Below, piece by piece: positions 26,495-36,321 of a DNA stretch of 64,000 nt. Where the stretch lies: positions 47,550-111,549 of the forward strand of contig JAUXNY010000082.1 of the NCBI GenBank assembly GCA_030682615.1, read 5' to 3'. Each line of letters starts with the position of its first letter. Positions within the stretch are counted from its first letter, which is position 1. Source of the DNA: Candidatus Aquicultor sp. Lineage in GTDB: Bacteria > Actinomycetota > Aquicultoria > Aquicultorales > Aquicultoraceae. A program made the position numbers and the translations under genes. The notes under the pieces are model-generated. The model was not told the DNA's origin. It ran no database searches and saw only the letters and a program-made list of their open reading frames with translations.

Positions 26495-27961
26495 ATGGAC
26501 TATCCAATACTGTCAATAATCGTTTTCTTGCCTCTGCTGGGAGCGTTGCTCTTGCAGTTTGTGCCGCGCGAAAAGGCGAATCTGATACGCGGCATCGCGC
26601 TAATCACGACTCTGGCCGGACTCGCCTTAGGCATACCGATTCTGACGGATTTCACGGCCGGCCAATCGGCGATGCAGTTTGTGGAGAAGCAAGTCTGGGT
26701 GCCGGGTCTTGGCATATCTTATTACCTCGGCTTAGACGGGCTGAGTATGCCGTTATTCTTATTGACGCTGGTGCTTACAGTGATATCTGTCTTGGCATCA
26801 TGGTCTATCAAAGAGCGGGTCAGGCAGTATTTCAGCTTGTTATTACTGCTCGAAGTGGGCATGCTCGGCACGTTTGTCGCACTCGATCTTATTTTGTTCT
26901 ACGTCTTCTGGGAGCTTGTCCTTATCCCGATGTTCTTCATCATCGGTATCTGGGGCGGCGAAAACCGCAATTATGCGGCTCTCAAGTTCTTCTTATACAC
27001 GTTAGCCGGGAGCGTTCTTATGCTCGTCGGTATCCTGGCGCTATACTTCACTTCAGGACTGAACACGTTCGATATGGTCCAGCTGATGCAGTCGGGATAT
27101 AAGCACTACCTGTCGACCTTTATCTTCGCGACGTTCTTCCTGGGTTTTGCCGTGAAAGTGCCGATGTGGCCGTTCCATACCTGGTTGCCCGATGCTCACG
27201 TGCAGGCTCCGACTGCGGGTAGCGTGCTGCTTGCGGGAATTCTTCTTAAGATGGGGACCTATGCGTTTGTCAGAATCATCATGCAGATAATGCCGGGCGA
27301 GTTTGTAAGGTTTGCGCCTTATATAGCGGTGCTCGCGGCGATAAGTATCGTCTACGGGGCGTACGCCGCTCTATCGCAGAGTGATCTGAAGAAGCTGGTC
27401 GCTTATTCGAGCGTCAGCCACATGGGGTACGTTATGCTCGGCTTGGCCTCGCTGACACAGATTTCAATCAACGGCGCGGTTCTGCAGATGGTAAACCACG
27501 GCTTGATAACGGGTATGCTCTTCTTGCTCGTCGGCTATATCTACGAGAGGACCCATACGAGAGACATCGCCAAGCTCGGCGGGCTCTCGATAAAGATACC
27601 GATTCTAGGCGGGATGTTTATCTTCGCGGCGCTGGCTTCGCTTGGCTTGCCGTTTTTGAGCGGCTTCGTCGGAGAGTTTCTTGTCCTGCTTGGCTCCTAC
27701 CAAGTATACAAGGTCTATACTATTCTTGGCGTGCTGACGCTCGCTCTGGGTGCGTTCTACCTCTTGCGCGCGGTTCAGAACGCGTTTTATGGTATGCCGC
27801 CGGCTTCTATGGAAGATTTCAAAGATATGAGCGGGCGCGAGTTTATAAGCTTGATACCGCTGGTAGCGCTAATCGTCGTTTTCGGCGTCTATCCGAAGCC
27901 GCTACTCCAATATATCGATCCCGCGGTGAGTGCGGTACTACAAATGATAAGAGGTAGCTAG
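26495..27961 (+). CDS. nuoM: NADH-quinone oxidoreductase subunit M
   Basis: 488 aa. VKVPMWPFHTWLPDAHVQAPTAGSVLLAGILLKMG. Confidence 0.93.
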   Translation: MDYPILSIIVFLPLLGALLLQFVPREKANLIRGIALITTLAGLALGIPILTDFTAGQSAMQFVEKQVWVPGLGISYYLGLDGLSMPLFLLTLVLTVISVLASWSIKERVRQYFSLLLLLEVGMLGTFVALDLILFYVFWELVLIPMFFIIGIWGGENRNYAALKFFLYTLAGSVLMLVGILALYFTSGLNTFDMVQLMQSGYKHYLSTFIFATFFLGFAVKVPMWPFHTWLPDAHVQAPTAGSVLLAGILLKMGTYAFVRIIMQIMPGEFVRFAPYIAVLAAISIVYGAYAALSQSDLKKLVAYSSVSHMGYVMLGLASLTQISINGAVLQMVNHGLITGMLFLLVGYIYERTHTRDIAKLGGLSIKIPILGGMFIFAALASLGLPFLSGFVGEFLVLLGSYQVYKVYTILGVLTLALGAFYLLRAVQNAFYGMPPASMEDFKDMSGREFISLIPLVALIVVFGVYPKPLLQYIDPAVSAVLQMIRGS

Positions 27962-27962
27962 G

Positions 27963-29372
27963 ATGAATTTGATGCAAATCGAGTGGATTAACTTAATGCC
28001 GGAACTTATAATCTTTGGCATCGCGATAGCCGTTTTGCTAGGTGAAATGTATTTTTCGACGAACGCGAAGCGCTTCCTGGGTATATTGAGCCTGCTAGGC
28101 ATAGTAGCCGCACTTTTTAGCCTCACTTCGCTCTACGGAGTGGAAGCGACCGAGTTCATGGGCATGTTCTCTATTGACCTTACGGCTACGGTTCTTAAAG
28201 GGATACTGCTCGTCACAACCGCTCTAGTTGTCCTGGCGACTTCACGTTCGCGCATGACAATCGGGGAAGGCGAGTTCTACAGCATGATGCTCTTCTCGGT
28301 TCTGGGGACTATGTTTATGGCTTCGGCGAACGACCTCATCATGCTCTTCATCGCGCTGGAGCTGACGGTCTTGCCGGCGTACATTCTAGTCGGCAGCAAG
28401 AAGACGGCCGGGTCTGCGGAAGCGGCGCTCAAATATTTCTTGCTAGGTCTAGTCGCGTCGGTTATCTTGCTCTACGGCATGTCGCTTGTCTACGGCTTGA
28501 CGGGGCAGACGAATTTTACGGCGATTGCGAATGCGCTTGCCGGACAGGCAATTCAACCGCTCTTACTCGTTGGCATGGTGATGATTGTCGTTGGTCTCGG
28601 CTTTAAAGTCGCCGCAGTACCGTTTCACTTCTGGGCTCCGGATGTGTACGAAGGGGCACCCGTACCGGTCGCATCGTTCTTGGCGGTCGGACCTAAAGCC
28701 GGAGGTTTTGCCGCTCTCATTCATTTCTTCCCGGTAGCGTTGGCCGTAGCCGCTCCTATTTGGGCGGGGCTCTTCGCGATATTGGCCGTGCTCAGCATGC
28801 TTCTCGGTAACTTGGCAGCGCTCGCTCAGACCCAGGTTCGAAGGCTTTTAGGTTACTCGGCGGTAGCGCACACGGGCTATCTGCTCGTCGGCTTGGCCGT
28901 TGCGGACAGCTTTGGCTATACGTCGCTCATCTTCTACTTCTTAGTCTATTCGCTTGCCGCCCTCGGGTCGTTCCTCGTGATTCTGGCTACGACAGAGCGG
29001 GGGCTTGGCGAGAACGTTACCGATTTTGCGGGCCTGTATAAGCGGGCGCCGATGCTGGCGCTTGCTATGGCTATCTTCTTATTCTCACTCGTCGGGATAC
29101 CGCCGTTGGCGGGCTTCATGGGTAAAGTCTATCTGTTCAGTGCGGCGGTACAGGGTGATTTGATTTGGCTGGCCGTCATCGGTGTGTTAAATAGCGTCGT
29201 CTCCTTTGGTTATTACGTCACAGTCATCCGCCAGATGTATTTTGTGAACCCGCCGACCAACGAGGGATTACCGGTATCCAAACCGCTCTATCTTTCGATA
29301 GTGTTGATTATGGCGGCCGTTGTTTTCCTGGGTGTTTACCCAAGCGCCTTTCTGTCTATAATAAACCTATAG
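27963..29372 (+). CDS. nuoN: NADH-quinone oxidoreductase subunit N
   Basis: 469 aa. FKVAAVPFHFWAPDVYEGAPVPVASF. Confidence 0.92.
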   Translation: MNLMQIEWINLMPELIIFGIAIAVLLGEMYFSTNAKRFLGILSLLGIVAALFSLTSLYGVEATEFMGMFSIDLTATVLKGILLVTTALVVLATSRSRMTIGEGEFYSMMLFSVLGTMFMASANDLIMLFIALELTVLPAYILVGSKKTAGSAEAALKYFLLGLVASVILLYGMSLVYGLTGQTNFTAIANALAGQAIQPLLLVGMVMIVVGLGFKVAAVPFHFWAPDVYEGAPVPVASFLAVGPKAGGFAALIHFFPVALAVAAPIWAGLFAILAVLSMLLGNLAALAQTQVRRLLGYSAVAHTGYLLVGLAVADSFGYTSLIFYFLVYSLAALGSFLVILATTERGLGENVTDFAGLYKRAPMLALAMAIFLFSLVGIPPLAGFMGKVYLFSAAVQGDLIWLAVIGVLNSVVSFGYYVTVIRQMYFVNPPTNEGLPVSKPLYLSIVLIMAAVVFLGVYPSAFLSIINL

Positions 29373-29609
29373 ATGGATGCGACGCAGGGGGGCACGATGG
29401 AGGAGCAGACTTTCGCGCTTATGATAAGAAACGCGCTTACCGAATATGATTTCGCGAGCATTGACATCGATGACACGAGCGCTCGGGTCAGGCTGCAGAG
29501 AGAGGTCTTTGCCGAGAATGGGAAGGGCGATATGCTCGAGTATGTCTTCTCCGATAGGACGCTCATGAAGATTATTGCCGAACTCAAGTCATACCTGCCG
29601 GCTCTTTAG
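29373..29609 (+). CDS. Small acidic hypothetical protein abutting nuoN
   Basis: 78-codon ORF whose ATG directly follows the nuoN TAG (TAGATG). No recognisable motif, no own RBS. Followed by the operon terminator. Confidence 0.4.
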   Translation: MDATQGGTMEEQTFALMIRNALTEYDFASIDIDDTSARVRLQREVFAENGKGDMLEYVFSDRTLMKIIAELKSYLPAL

Positions 29610-29757
29610 AACGAGGACGATTCTCCAATAGATCGAAGTAGACATTTAAAGCCTCTCTATTAAAGTACCGGCGGGGAGGGACGATACAACTACTATCAGC
29701 CAAGACGTTGAAACAGAAGAGAAGCTTCTGGGTCGTGGCAGCCGCCTTGACTGACAG

Positions 29758-29786
29758 AAAACCTCGATTTGTAATGAATCGAGGTT
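29758..29786. terminator. Bidirectional intrinsic terminator between the nuo operon and the convergent ABC operon
   Basis: AAACCTCGATT-7 nt loop-AATCGAGGTTT (11 bp), with an A-tract upstream and a T-rich tail downstream. Coordinates +/-1-2 nt. Confidence 0.6.
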
Positions 29787-30574
29787 TACTTTATTAGCCT
29801 GTTTCGCATGATAGTGATGGGCACAAGGAAGAGCACCGCTGTGAATGCGACCGTAATGAATATACTCGTGAAGACGTCCTGATCGAGTCTACCGAGGGCG
29901 AGCCCGCGACAGACGAGCACTACATGATAGAGCGGCGTAAATAGCGCGAGTTTTTGCGCCCAAGCCGGCAGCGTGGAGATAGGGAAGAAGATACCGGAGA
30001 ACAAAAAGAGCGGCGTGATAAAGAGCGTGAAGTAGTAGTTGAAGAGATTTATATTAGAGACCAGGGCGGTATATGTCATGCCGATTATTGCAAAGAGCGC
30101 CGCAAAGACGAAGAGTAGCGGTATGAGCAGCAGGGCCGCCGCCGAATCGACATAGCCAAAGATAGCGATGACCCCGAGGAAAGTAAGCGCGTTGATATAG
30201 CCGCGCGTCGCACCCCAGAGAATCTCCCCAGCGATAACATCTTCAATGCTCAATGGCGTTGCCAGCACGGCGTCGTAGGTCTTTTCATATTTCATCCTGA
30301 TGAAACTGCTGTAGGTAGTCTCAAAGGAGGATGCGTACATCACAGTAGAACCCAGAAGGCCCGGGGCTAGAAATTGAACGTAGCTTAGACCTTCGATGTC
30401 CTGAACGAGAAGGCCTAAGCCGATTCCGAGAGCCGTGAGGTATATTACCGGCTCAAGAAAGTTCGGGGCTGCCGCGAACCAAAAGACCTTCCTAAATATC
30501 TTCCAGTTCCGATACCACATCCTTATGACGCCGGCGGGTGATATGGAACGCGCGGTTTTAACTAAGGATTTCAA
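29786..30574 (-). CDS. ABC-2 type transporter permease
   Basis: 262 aa, 6 TM helices, TTG start overlapping the ATPase stop (TTGA). ABC-2/DrrB-like topology. Confidence 0.85.
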   Translation of the reverse strand: MKSLVKTARSISPAGVIRMWYRNWKIFRKVFWFAAAPNFLEPVIYLTALGIGLGLLVQDIEGLSYVQFLAPGLLGSTVMYASSFETTYSSFIRMKYEKTYDAVLATPLSIEDVIAGEILWGATRGYINALTFLGVIAIFGYVDSAAALLLIPLLFVFAALFAIIGMTYTALVSNINLFNYYFTLFITPLFLFSGIFFPISTLPAWAQKLALFTPLYHVVLVCRGLALGRLDQDVFTSIFITVAFTAVLFLVPITIMRNRLIK

Positions 30575-31521
30575 TCTCTCAGCCGCCTCCCGGTTAGTTT
30601 CAAGAATACATCTTCGAGAGTCGAGCGCCGCAGAAGCGCGTACTCAATCTCAAAGCCGGCGTCCTTGACCGCCTGCATGAGCTCATCCGCCGCTCGGGCG
30701 AAGAAGACATAGGTATCTTGTTGTGTCTCGAAATACTCGCTTTTGGGCACGAGAAGCTCTTGCAGCGCTTCTCGCTGCCCCTCGGCGACCCGTATCTCGA
30801 GCGCTTCGCTGCTGACATGAGTTTCAATCAAATCCAAGGGGATGCCCTCGGCTATGATGCTTCCTTCATCCATGATGATAATACGGTCGCAGAGCCGGCT
30901 CGCCTCATCCATATAGTGGGTCGTCAAGATGAGTGTCACATTCTGCTCCTGCAGGCTTTTGAGTCTATCCCAGATAAGATGTCGCGCTTGCGGGTCGAGG
31001 CCGGTCGTCGGCTCGTCGAGGATGAGCAGCTCGGGGTTATTGAGGAGCGCTCTTGCCAGCAGGAGACGCCTCTTCATGCCACCCGAGAGCGTATCGACCA
31101 TCGTATCAGCCCGTTCCTCGAGCTGCATGAATGCGAGCAGCTCATGAATGCGCTCGCTCGCCGGCTTTTTCGGGATACCGAAATAATTAGCGTACACCTC
31201 GAGGTTTTCGCGGACGGACAGGTCGGTGTCGAGATTGGTCTCTTGGGGCACAACGCCGATCCGTCGTTTTATGTCGCGGATATCGTCGCGGACATCGAGG
31301 CCGAGAACGGAGAGGCTCCCGGTGGTCGGCGGCGACATCCCGTACAGCATTCGAATCGTCGTTGTTTTGCCCGCCCCGTTGGGGCCGAGAAAACCGACGC
31401 GTTCACCGCGCTCGACCGTGAAGCTTATTCCTTTTACGGCGGTCAAGCCGTCGAAGACCTTGGTAAGGTCTTGTGCAACGACGACTTTTTCTCTGCCTGT
31501 GTTCGACTCCATATTAACCAC
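30571..31521 (-). CDS. ABC transporter ATP-binding protein (DrrA/NodI-like)
   Basis: Walker A GPNGAGKTT, Q-loop, signature LSGGMKRRL, Walker B LLILDEPTTGLD, H-loop TTHYMDEA. Start is GTG 31521 or ATG 31512. Confidence 0.93.
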   Translation of the reverse strand: MVNMESNTGREKVVVAQDLTKVFDGLTAVKGISFTVERGERVGFLGPNGAGKTTTIRMLYGMSPPTTGSLSVLGLDVRDDIRDIKRRIGVVPQETNLDTDLSVRENLEVYANYFGIPKKPASERIHELLAFMQLEERADTMVDTLSGGMKRRLLLARALLNNPELLILDEPTTGLDPQARHLIWDRLKSLQEQNVTLILTTHYMDEASRLCDRIIIMDEGSIIAEGIPLDLIETHVSSEALEIRVAEGQREALQELLVPKSEYFETQQDTYVFFARAADELMQAVKDAGFEIEYALLRRSTLEDVFLKLTGRRLRD

Positions 31522-31784
31522 TGTTTCAATATACCCGAGAAAACACCAATAGTTTAACGGATTGGGAACTTTTTTGTGGCTTGCATCGTCATATGGGGTA
31601 TTGTTAGTTAGGCTTCAATTCGTACCCGAGCTAAAACAGGCCCGGTCTATTTTGCCTTCGCTTGGCATAAATACGAGTAGGCGCCGAGTGAGATATTTTG
31701 TTCTTGTTCTATAACGAAGCGCGTAGTATCATGGGTATACACAAATGTGAAAGTGGCAAGCGGATAGGGAAGGGGAGACGGATC

Positions 31785-33998
31785 ATGTGGGTTAAAGGAA
31801 GAGTTAAGACGAGGGCTGCTCGCTTGATAATCGCGTCCCTTGTACTCGTTCTAGTAATGACTTTAGTTCTGCCCGGCGGCGTTTTTGCCGCCGTCAAGAA
31901 GGACTGGGGGGATGGCGTGCGCGTCGCTGAGAACGCCGGGAATCCCTGGGAGATGACCCAGCTTATCCCGGATAAGGACGGCAACCTTTTTGTTGTGTGG
32001 GTTGAGCGCAAGAAGGCTGAAGTAAAGATGTTTGTTCGAAAAGTAGGTTCGGATGGACGTTTGCTCTGGGACGGACCTGTCCAGGTTACCGGCGGCACCT
32101 ATTTTGATTATGGTTACCCGCCAATCTGTGTTTCGGGAGACTCGCTAATCGTAGCGTGGACAGACAATCGTAATCGCAGAAAACCGGATGTTTACGCGCA
32201 AAAAATAGACGCAGGCGGTAATAAAAAATGGGGGGATACGGGGGCGACTGTTTATGTCGGCGCCGGAGCTCAGAGCATCAGGTCGATATCGTCGGATGAG
32301 GAAGGCGGTGCTATTATTGTTTGGCGTGATGATGAGCGCCCCGGTTTCTATATGCAGCGCATGAGTCCGGGCGGCACCCGGATGTGGAGCCAGGACGGCG
32401 TTTCCGTCAATGATATGCTCGGCATAGAGCAGCTGGAGAACGTACCATACTACGGCTACGACCCGACGGGGGAATCGGTCAACATGGTCTCCGACGGTGC
32501 GGGAGGGCTTTATTTCAACTGGAGCGATCTGGCCGACTTCCAATACGGTTACTACGGTATGCCCGGTCTGAACCAGCAGACGAAAGACGGTCATATCTTT
32601 GTGCAGCGGCTCAATAGACAGGGGTCTATGATGTGGCCCACGAAGCTGAGCATCGAGGTCAAGGGAGTGCCTGCGGAGCCATGGTTCGGCCAGCTCCAGG
32701 TCTCTGATGACAACTCGGCAATAGTCACTTGGACACAGCCGAAGGGCACGCCGTACATCGAGAAAAAGGAAGGTCCGGACAGCTTCGGCTATTACCCGAA
32801 CCCGAATGTAAATCTCTTTGCGGTAAAGGTCACCCCTGATGGGAATACCGTCTGGGACTACAGCAAACCATTGATTTCCAAGGACGGCGACCCCAGCTAC
32901 TATGACCCCGGTATGGCGATGGCCATGGACGGAGGGCTTCTCTATACATGGACGAAGATGCGCTTCGAAGAGCGGACCGAGAAGATATTTGGCCCGCGCG
33001 GTGAAGTGGTCGATACCATTACCGACAAATTTCCGACCCCGATAGGCATTGAGCTGACTCGCATCGACGAGACAGGCAAGGTCGCTTGGAAAAAAACGAT
33101 TGCCTCGAAAAACGCATACCAATATCCCGTGGCCGACAAGGCCGGCGGATTCTTCTTAATCTCAAACGCATATACGGATTTGGGGCCGTTTCCGATGGAG
33201 ACGATTATGGTGCAGCGTTATGATTCTCAAGGACAAGCCCTCTGGGGCCAAAACGGTGTCGTTCTCAAAGGCGGTCAGAACTTTATGAGTGGCGGGTTTG
33301 TGCCGGATGAAAAAGGCGGCCTCTATTACAGCTGGCGCCTGGGCAAACAGCTGCAGCCACCTGTAGAACCGTCTAAGTACGGCTATTTCGGGCCGTATTC
33401 ACCCGAGCAAGACGCCGAGTCTGACATCTACGTTCAGCACATTGTCGATGACGGCAGTGGTTGGTCGGATGTAGCTGTCGAAGACTGGCCTTTCTCTTAC
33501 GTCGATGGACTGGTCAAGCTGGAGGCCGTCCAAGGATATGCGGAGGGTGACTTTAAACCGACCGCTCACATTACCAGGGCGGAGTTTGCCAAGATGGCGG
33601 TTATCGCGCTCGGCATCGGCTCCGAGAGTACGGCCACCGCCGGCGGCAAGGCCAAATCGACGGATATTGCCGGCCACTGGTCGGAGCAGTATATGGTAAA
33701 AGCGGCTACGGCGGGAATCCTCAAGGGATATCCGAACGGCACCTTTAAGCCTGATGCTAAGATAACCCGTGCTGAGGCCGCTACTATTATTTACCGTGCT
33801 AAGGATATGAAGACCGTAGCCGAGGCGCAGGCGTTTCTTGATGTGCCCGTTAGCCACTGGGCGTTTCAGGGTGTCGATGGAGCTCGAAAGCTCGGCATAA
33901 TCGAAGGCTATCCGACCGGCGAATTCAGGCCCGAGACCTATACAACGAGGGCGGAAGCCGCAAAGATGATATTCAATGTCGTAAACCTGGGACAATAG
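31785..33998 (+). CDS. Secreted surface protein: ~8 Trp-containing repeat units plus three C-terminal SLH domains
   Basis: Track ORF trimmed to ATG 31785 (GGGAAGGGGAGA RBS). Signal peptide ..LVLPGGVFA. Recurring units of the type GG.IIVW.D ... VYAQKID..G...W...GV.V. Three SLH modules in the last ~190 aa (..GYAEGDFKPTAHITRAEFAKM, GYPNGTFKPDAKITRAEAATI, GYPTGEFRPETYTTRAEAAKM). Confidence 0.85.
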   Translation: MWVKGRVKTRAARLIIASLVLVLVMTLVLPGGVFAAVKKDWGDGVRVAENAGNPWEMTQLIPDKDGNLFVVWVERKKAEVKMFVRKVGSDGRLLWDGPVQVTGGTYFDYGYPPICVSGDSLIVAWTDNRNRRKPDVYAQKIDAGGNKKWGDTGATVYVGAGAQSIRSISSDEEGGAIIVWRDDERPGFYMQRMSPGGTRMWSQDGVSVNDMLGIEQLENVPYYGYDPTGESVNMVSDGAGGLYFNWSDLADFQYGYYGMPGLNQQTKDGHIFVQRLNRQGSMMWPTKLSIEVKGVPAEPWFGQLQVSDDNSAIVTWTQPKGTPYIEKKEGPDSFGYYPNPNVNLFAVKVTPDGNTVWDYSKPLISKDGDPSYYDPGMAMAMDGGLLYTWTKMRFEERTEKIFGPRGEVVDTITDKFPTPIGIELTRIDETGKVAWKKTIASKNAYQYPVADKAGGFFLISNAYTDLGPFPMETIMVQRYDSQGQALWGQNGVVLKGGQNFMSGGFVPDEKGGLYYSWRLGKQLQPPVEPSKYGYFGPYSPEQDAESDIYVQHIVDDGSGWSDVAVEDWPFSYVDGLVKLEAVQGYAEGDFKPTAHITRAEFAKMAVIALGIGSESTATAGGKAKSTDIAGHWSEQYMVKAATAGILKGYPNGTFKPDAKITRAEAATIIYRAKDMKTVAEAQAFLDVPVSHWAFQGVDGARKLGIIEGYPTGEFRPETYTTRAEAAKMIFNVVNLGQ

Positions 33999-34037
33999 CG
34001 AAGCTGGACCAAGACGCATAAAGTTTTTTCTTAAATC

Positions 34038-34075
34038 AACGGGATGGGTCACCTGACCCATCCCGTTTTATTTTA
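34038..34075 (+). terminator. Intrinsic terminator after the SLH gene
   Basis: AACGGGATGGGTCA-cc-TGACCCATCCCGTT (14 bp) followed by TTATTTT. Confidence 0.8.
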
Positions 34076-34419
34076 CTTCTAAACTTTGCGCGTGTCGGCC
34101 TGAATGGAGTCTGAGTTCTTGAGGCACGAACGCTCCAAAACGCCCGCCACGCCGAAAATAATCGGAGGTTTCAGGGGAGCATGGGCTTAGATTGTAGCAG
34201 CGCAGTGCAAAATATATCACCCTAATGAGGGATATGTAACTTCAATTAAATTGGATATCATCAAATATAGGCGTGTAATAGGCTATTTCTAAGTGCAAGA
34301 ACGTAACAATAGGTACGAACAAAATTGGTAACGCTAAGAGTTGGCGTTTGATGGTGTTACAAAGTATTTAAGAGAAGCCTCAGAATGAACAAGTTCAGTG
34401 AAGACGGTTTGGAGGGCGC

Positions 34420-36321
34420 TTGATACTCAGTGATGTCGTGGAATTCCTGGAGAAGGTACCTCCGTTTCAGTTTCTGAAAAAGGGCACGTTGCAGATGATA
34501 GCTAGTAAAGTGTCGATGGAGTATTACCCAAAAGGAACCGAGATACTAGTCCAGTCCGGGCCGCCAAGCGAATATCTTTATATCGTGCAAAAAGGTGGGG
34601 TTAAGATTTTTGTTCGATCCGGCACCGACGAAATAATCATCGACTATAGGAACGAAGGAGACACCTTCGGTTTCGTATCGCTATACAGCGGCGATAAGTC
34701 GAGAACGAATGTAGTCGCCGCGGATGACACGATTTGCTATCTCATCGACAAAGAGACTTTTCTCAAGCTGCACGACGCTTATCCGGCCTTTGCAGAGTAT
34801 TTTCTCCGTTCATATCTTGGAAAGTATGTAGACACCACCTTCCGCGAACTCTACGATAAAGGTTTTTTATACAGGTCGGGGAATACCCTGCCGTTCACGA
34901 CCCCGGTAGGAGATATCGCCACCCAGCGGCTCATAACAGCGTCTCCCGAACTAAGTATCCAGTCGGCCGCTCGATTAATGGCGGAACGCAAAATCAGCTC
35001 CCTTGTTGTCGTCGACGAAGAGCGCAAACCTTTGGGAATCGTGACTGACCGGGATTTGCGTGAGAAAGTAGTCGCGGCGGGTGTGAGCGTCGAAGGGCCT
35101 TTGCGAGACATAATGACGACTTCATTGGTGACCATAGAGGTGGGCGAGTTTTGCTTCGAGGCTCTGCTCAAGATGATTCGCTACAGTATCCACCATCTGC
35201 TGGTTATGGACAAAGACACCTTGAAGGGCATAGTCACAAACCATGACCTCATGATGTTGCAGGGCCTCTCACCGATTACTATTGCACGCGAGATAGAGAG
35301 CCGGCAGAATATCGAGTGCCTCATACCGATATCGTCGGAGATATCGAGCATGGTCGGCCTCTTACTAAAAGAGGGCACGAAAGCAAGTAATATCTCGCGC
35401 ATCATAACCGAGCTCAACGAGCGGCTGCTCCAGAGGATTATCGAGATAGACCTAAGCGAGCACGGGCCACCGCCGGTGCCGTTTTGCTGGATTGTTTTCG
35501 GAAGCGAAGGCCGGAAAGAGCAGACCTTCAAGACCGACCAGGATAATGCCTTGATCTATGCCGACCCTGAGACTCCCGAGATGGAGAAAGAAGCGGCCGA
35601 GTATTTTCATGAATTCGCGATGCGCGTAAATAACGCACTGGTAAAATGCGGGTTCCCGAAATGTCCCGCCAATTATATGGCTAGCAATCCCAAATGGAGC
35701 CAGCCATTGAGGGTCTGGAAACGAAATTTTACCGAATGGATAACCTCCTCGACCCCGGAATCGATTTTACTCTCGACCATATTCTTCGATTTCAGGCCGG
35801 TTTACGGAGATTTGGACCTCGGTGAGATATTGCGACGTCACTTAAACCAAAAGCTCGAGCAGGAACGCTTCTTCTTGGCGCGCATGGCGGCTACAGTCGT
35901 CGACAATCGTCCGCCGCTCGGCTTTTTCAGGGCGTTTGTCGTGGAAAAAAGCGGTGAGCACAAGGACCAGCTGAACTTGAAGATAAGCGCGCTGGCGCTA
36001 ATAGTCGATATAGTGAGGCTTTTCAGTCTTGAGCGGGGCGTCAGTGAGACCTCGACACTCGAGCGTATCAAGGCGCTCAGGGGACAACATGGTTTGACTG
36101 ATGAGTTCGGGCTAGAGCTTGAGCAGTCCTTCGAGTTTATAATGCTTTTACGTGTTCTGCGCCAATTTGAGCAGATAGAGCTTGGTTCCGAGCCGGACAA
36201 TTTCATCAATCCCAACGAACTCAACACGCTTGAGAAACAGACGTTGAAAGAGATATTCCAGCTGATATCGAGAATCCAAGACCTTATAAACCAGCGCTAT
36301 CGTTTAGGGACGGTGTCGTAA
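34420..36321 (+). CDS. cNMP-binding + CBS-pair + DUF294 nucleotidyltransferase + DUF294_C protein
   Basis: 633 aa, TTG start after GGAGG. cNMP-binding fold (YPKGTEILVQSGPPSEYLYIVQKGGVKIF..GDTFG), two CBS motifs (..SSLVVVDEERKPLGIVTDRDL, ..HHLLVMDKDTLKGIVTNHDL), pol-beta NTase signature FGSEGRKEQTFKTDQDNALIY. Confidence 0.88.
   Translation: MILSDVVEFLEKVPPFQFLKKGTLQMIASKVSMEYYPKGTEILVQSGPPSEYLYIVQKGGVKIFVRSGTDEIIIDYRNEGDTFGFVSLYSGDKSRTNVVAADDTICYLIDKETFLKLHDAYPAFAEYFLRSYLGKYVDTTFRELYDKGFLYRSGNTLPFTTPVGDIATQRLITASPELSIQSAARLMAERKISSLVVVDEERKPLGIVTDRDLREKVVAAGVSVEGPLRDIMTTSLVTIEVGEFCFEALLKMIRYSIHHLLVMDKDTLKGIVTNHDLMMLQGLSPITIAREIESRQNIECLIPISSEISSMVGLLLKEGTKASNISRIITELNERLLQRIIEIDLSEHGPPPVPFCWIVFGSEGRKEQTFKTDQDNALIYADPETPEMEKEAAEYFHEFAMRVNNALVKCGFPKCPANYMASNPKWSQPLRVWKRNFTEWITSSTPESILLSTIFFDFRPVYGDLDLGEILRRHLNQKLEQERFFLARMAATVVDNRPPLGFFRAFVVEKSGEHKDQLNLKISALALIVDIVRLFSLERGVSETSTLERIKALRGQHGLTDEFGLELEQSFEFIMLLRVLRQFEQIELGSEPDNFINPNELNTLEKQTLKEIFQLISRIQDLINQRYRLGTVS

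Noticed and set aside
30718-31557. Long antisense ORFs inside GC-rich genes. Examples: 30718..31557(+), 32145..33122(-), 39799..40512(-), 48850..49659(+), 57528..58787(-), 45361..45969(-).
   Set aside because: They lie opposite well-supported genes with clear family motifs. They are Arg/Pro/Gly-rich, as expected for stop-poor shadow frames in high-GC DNA.
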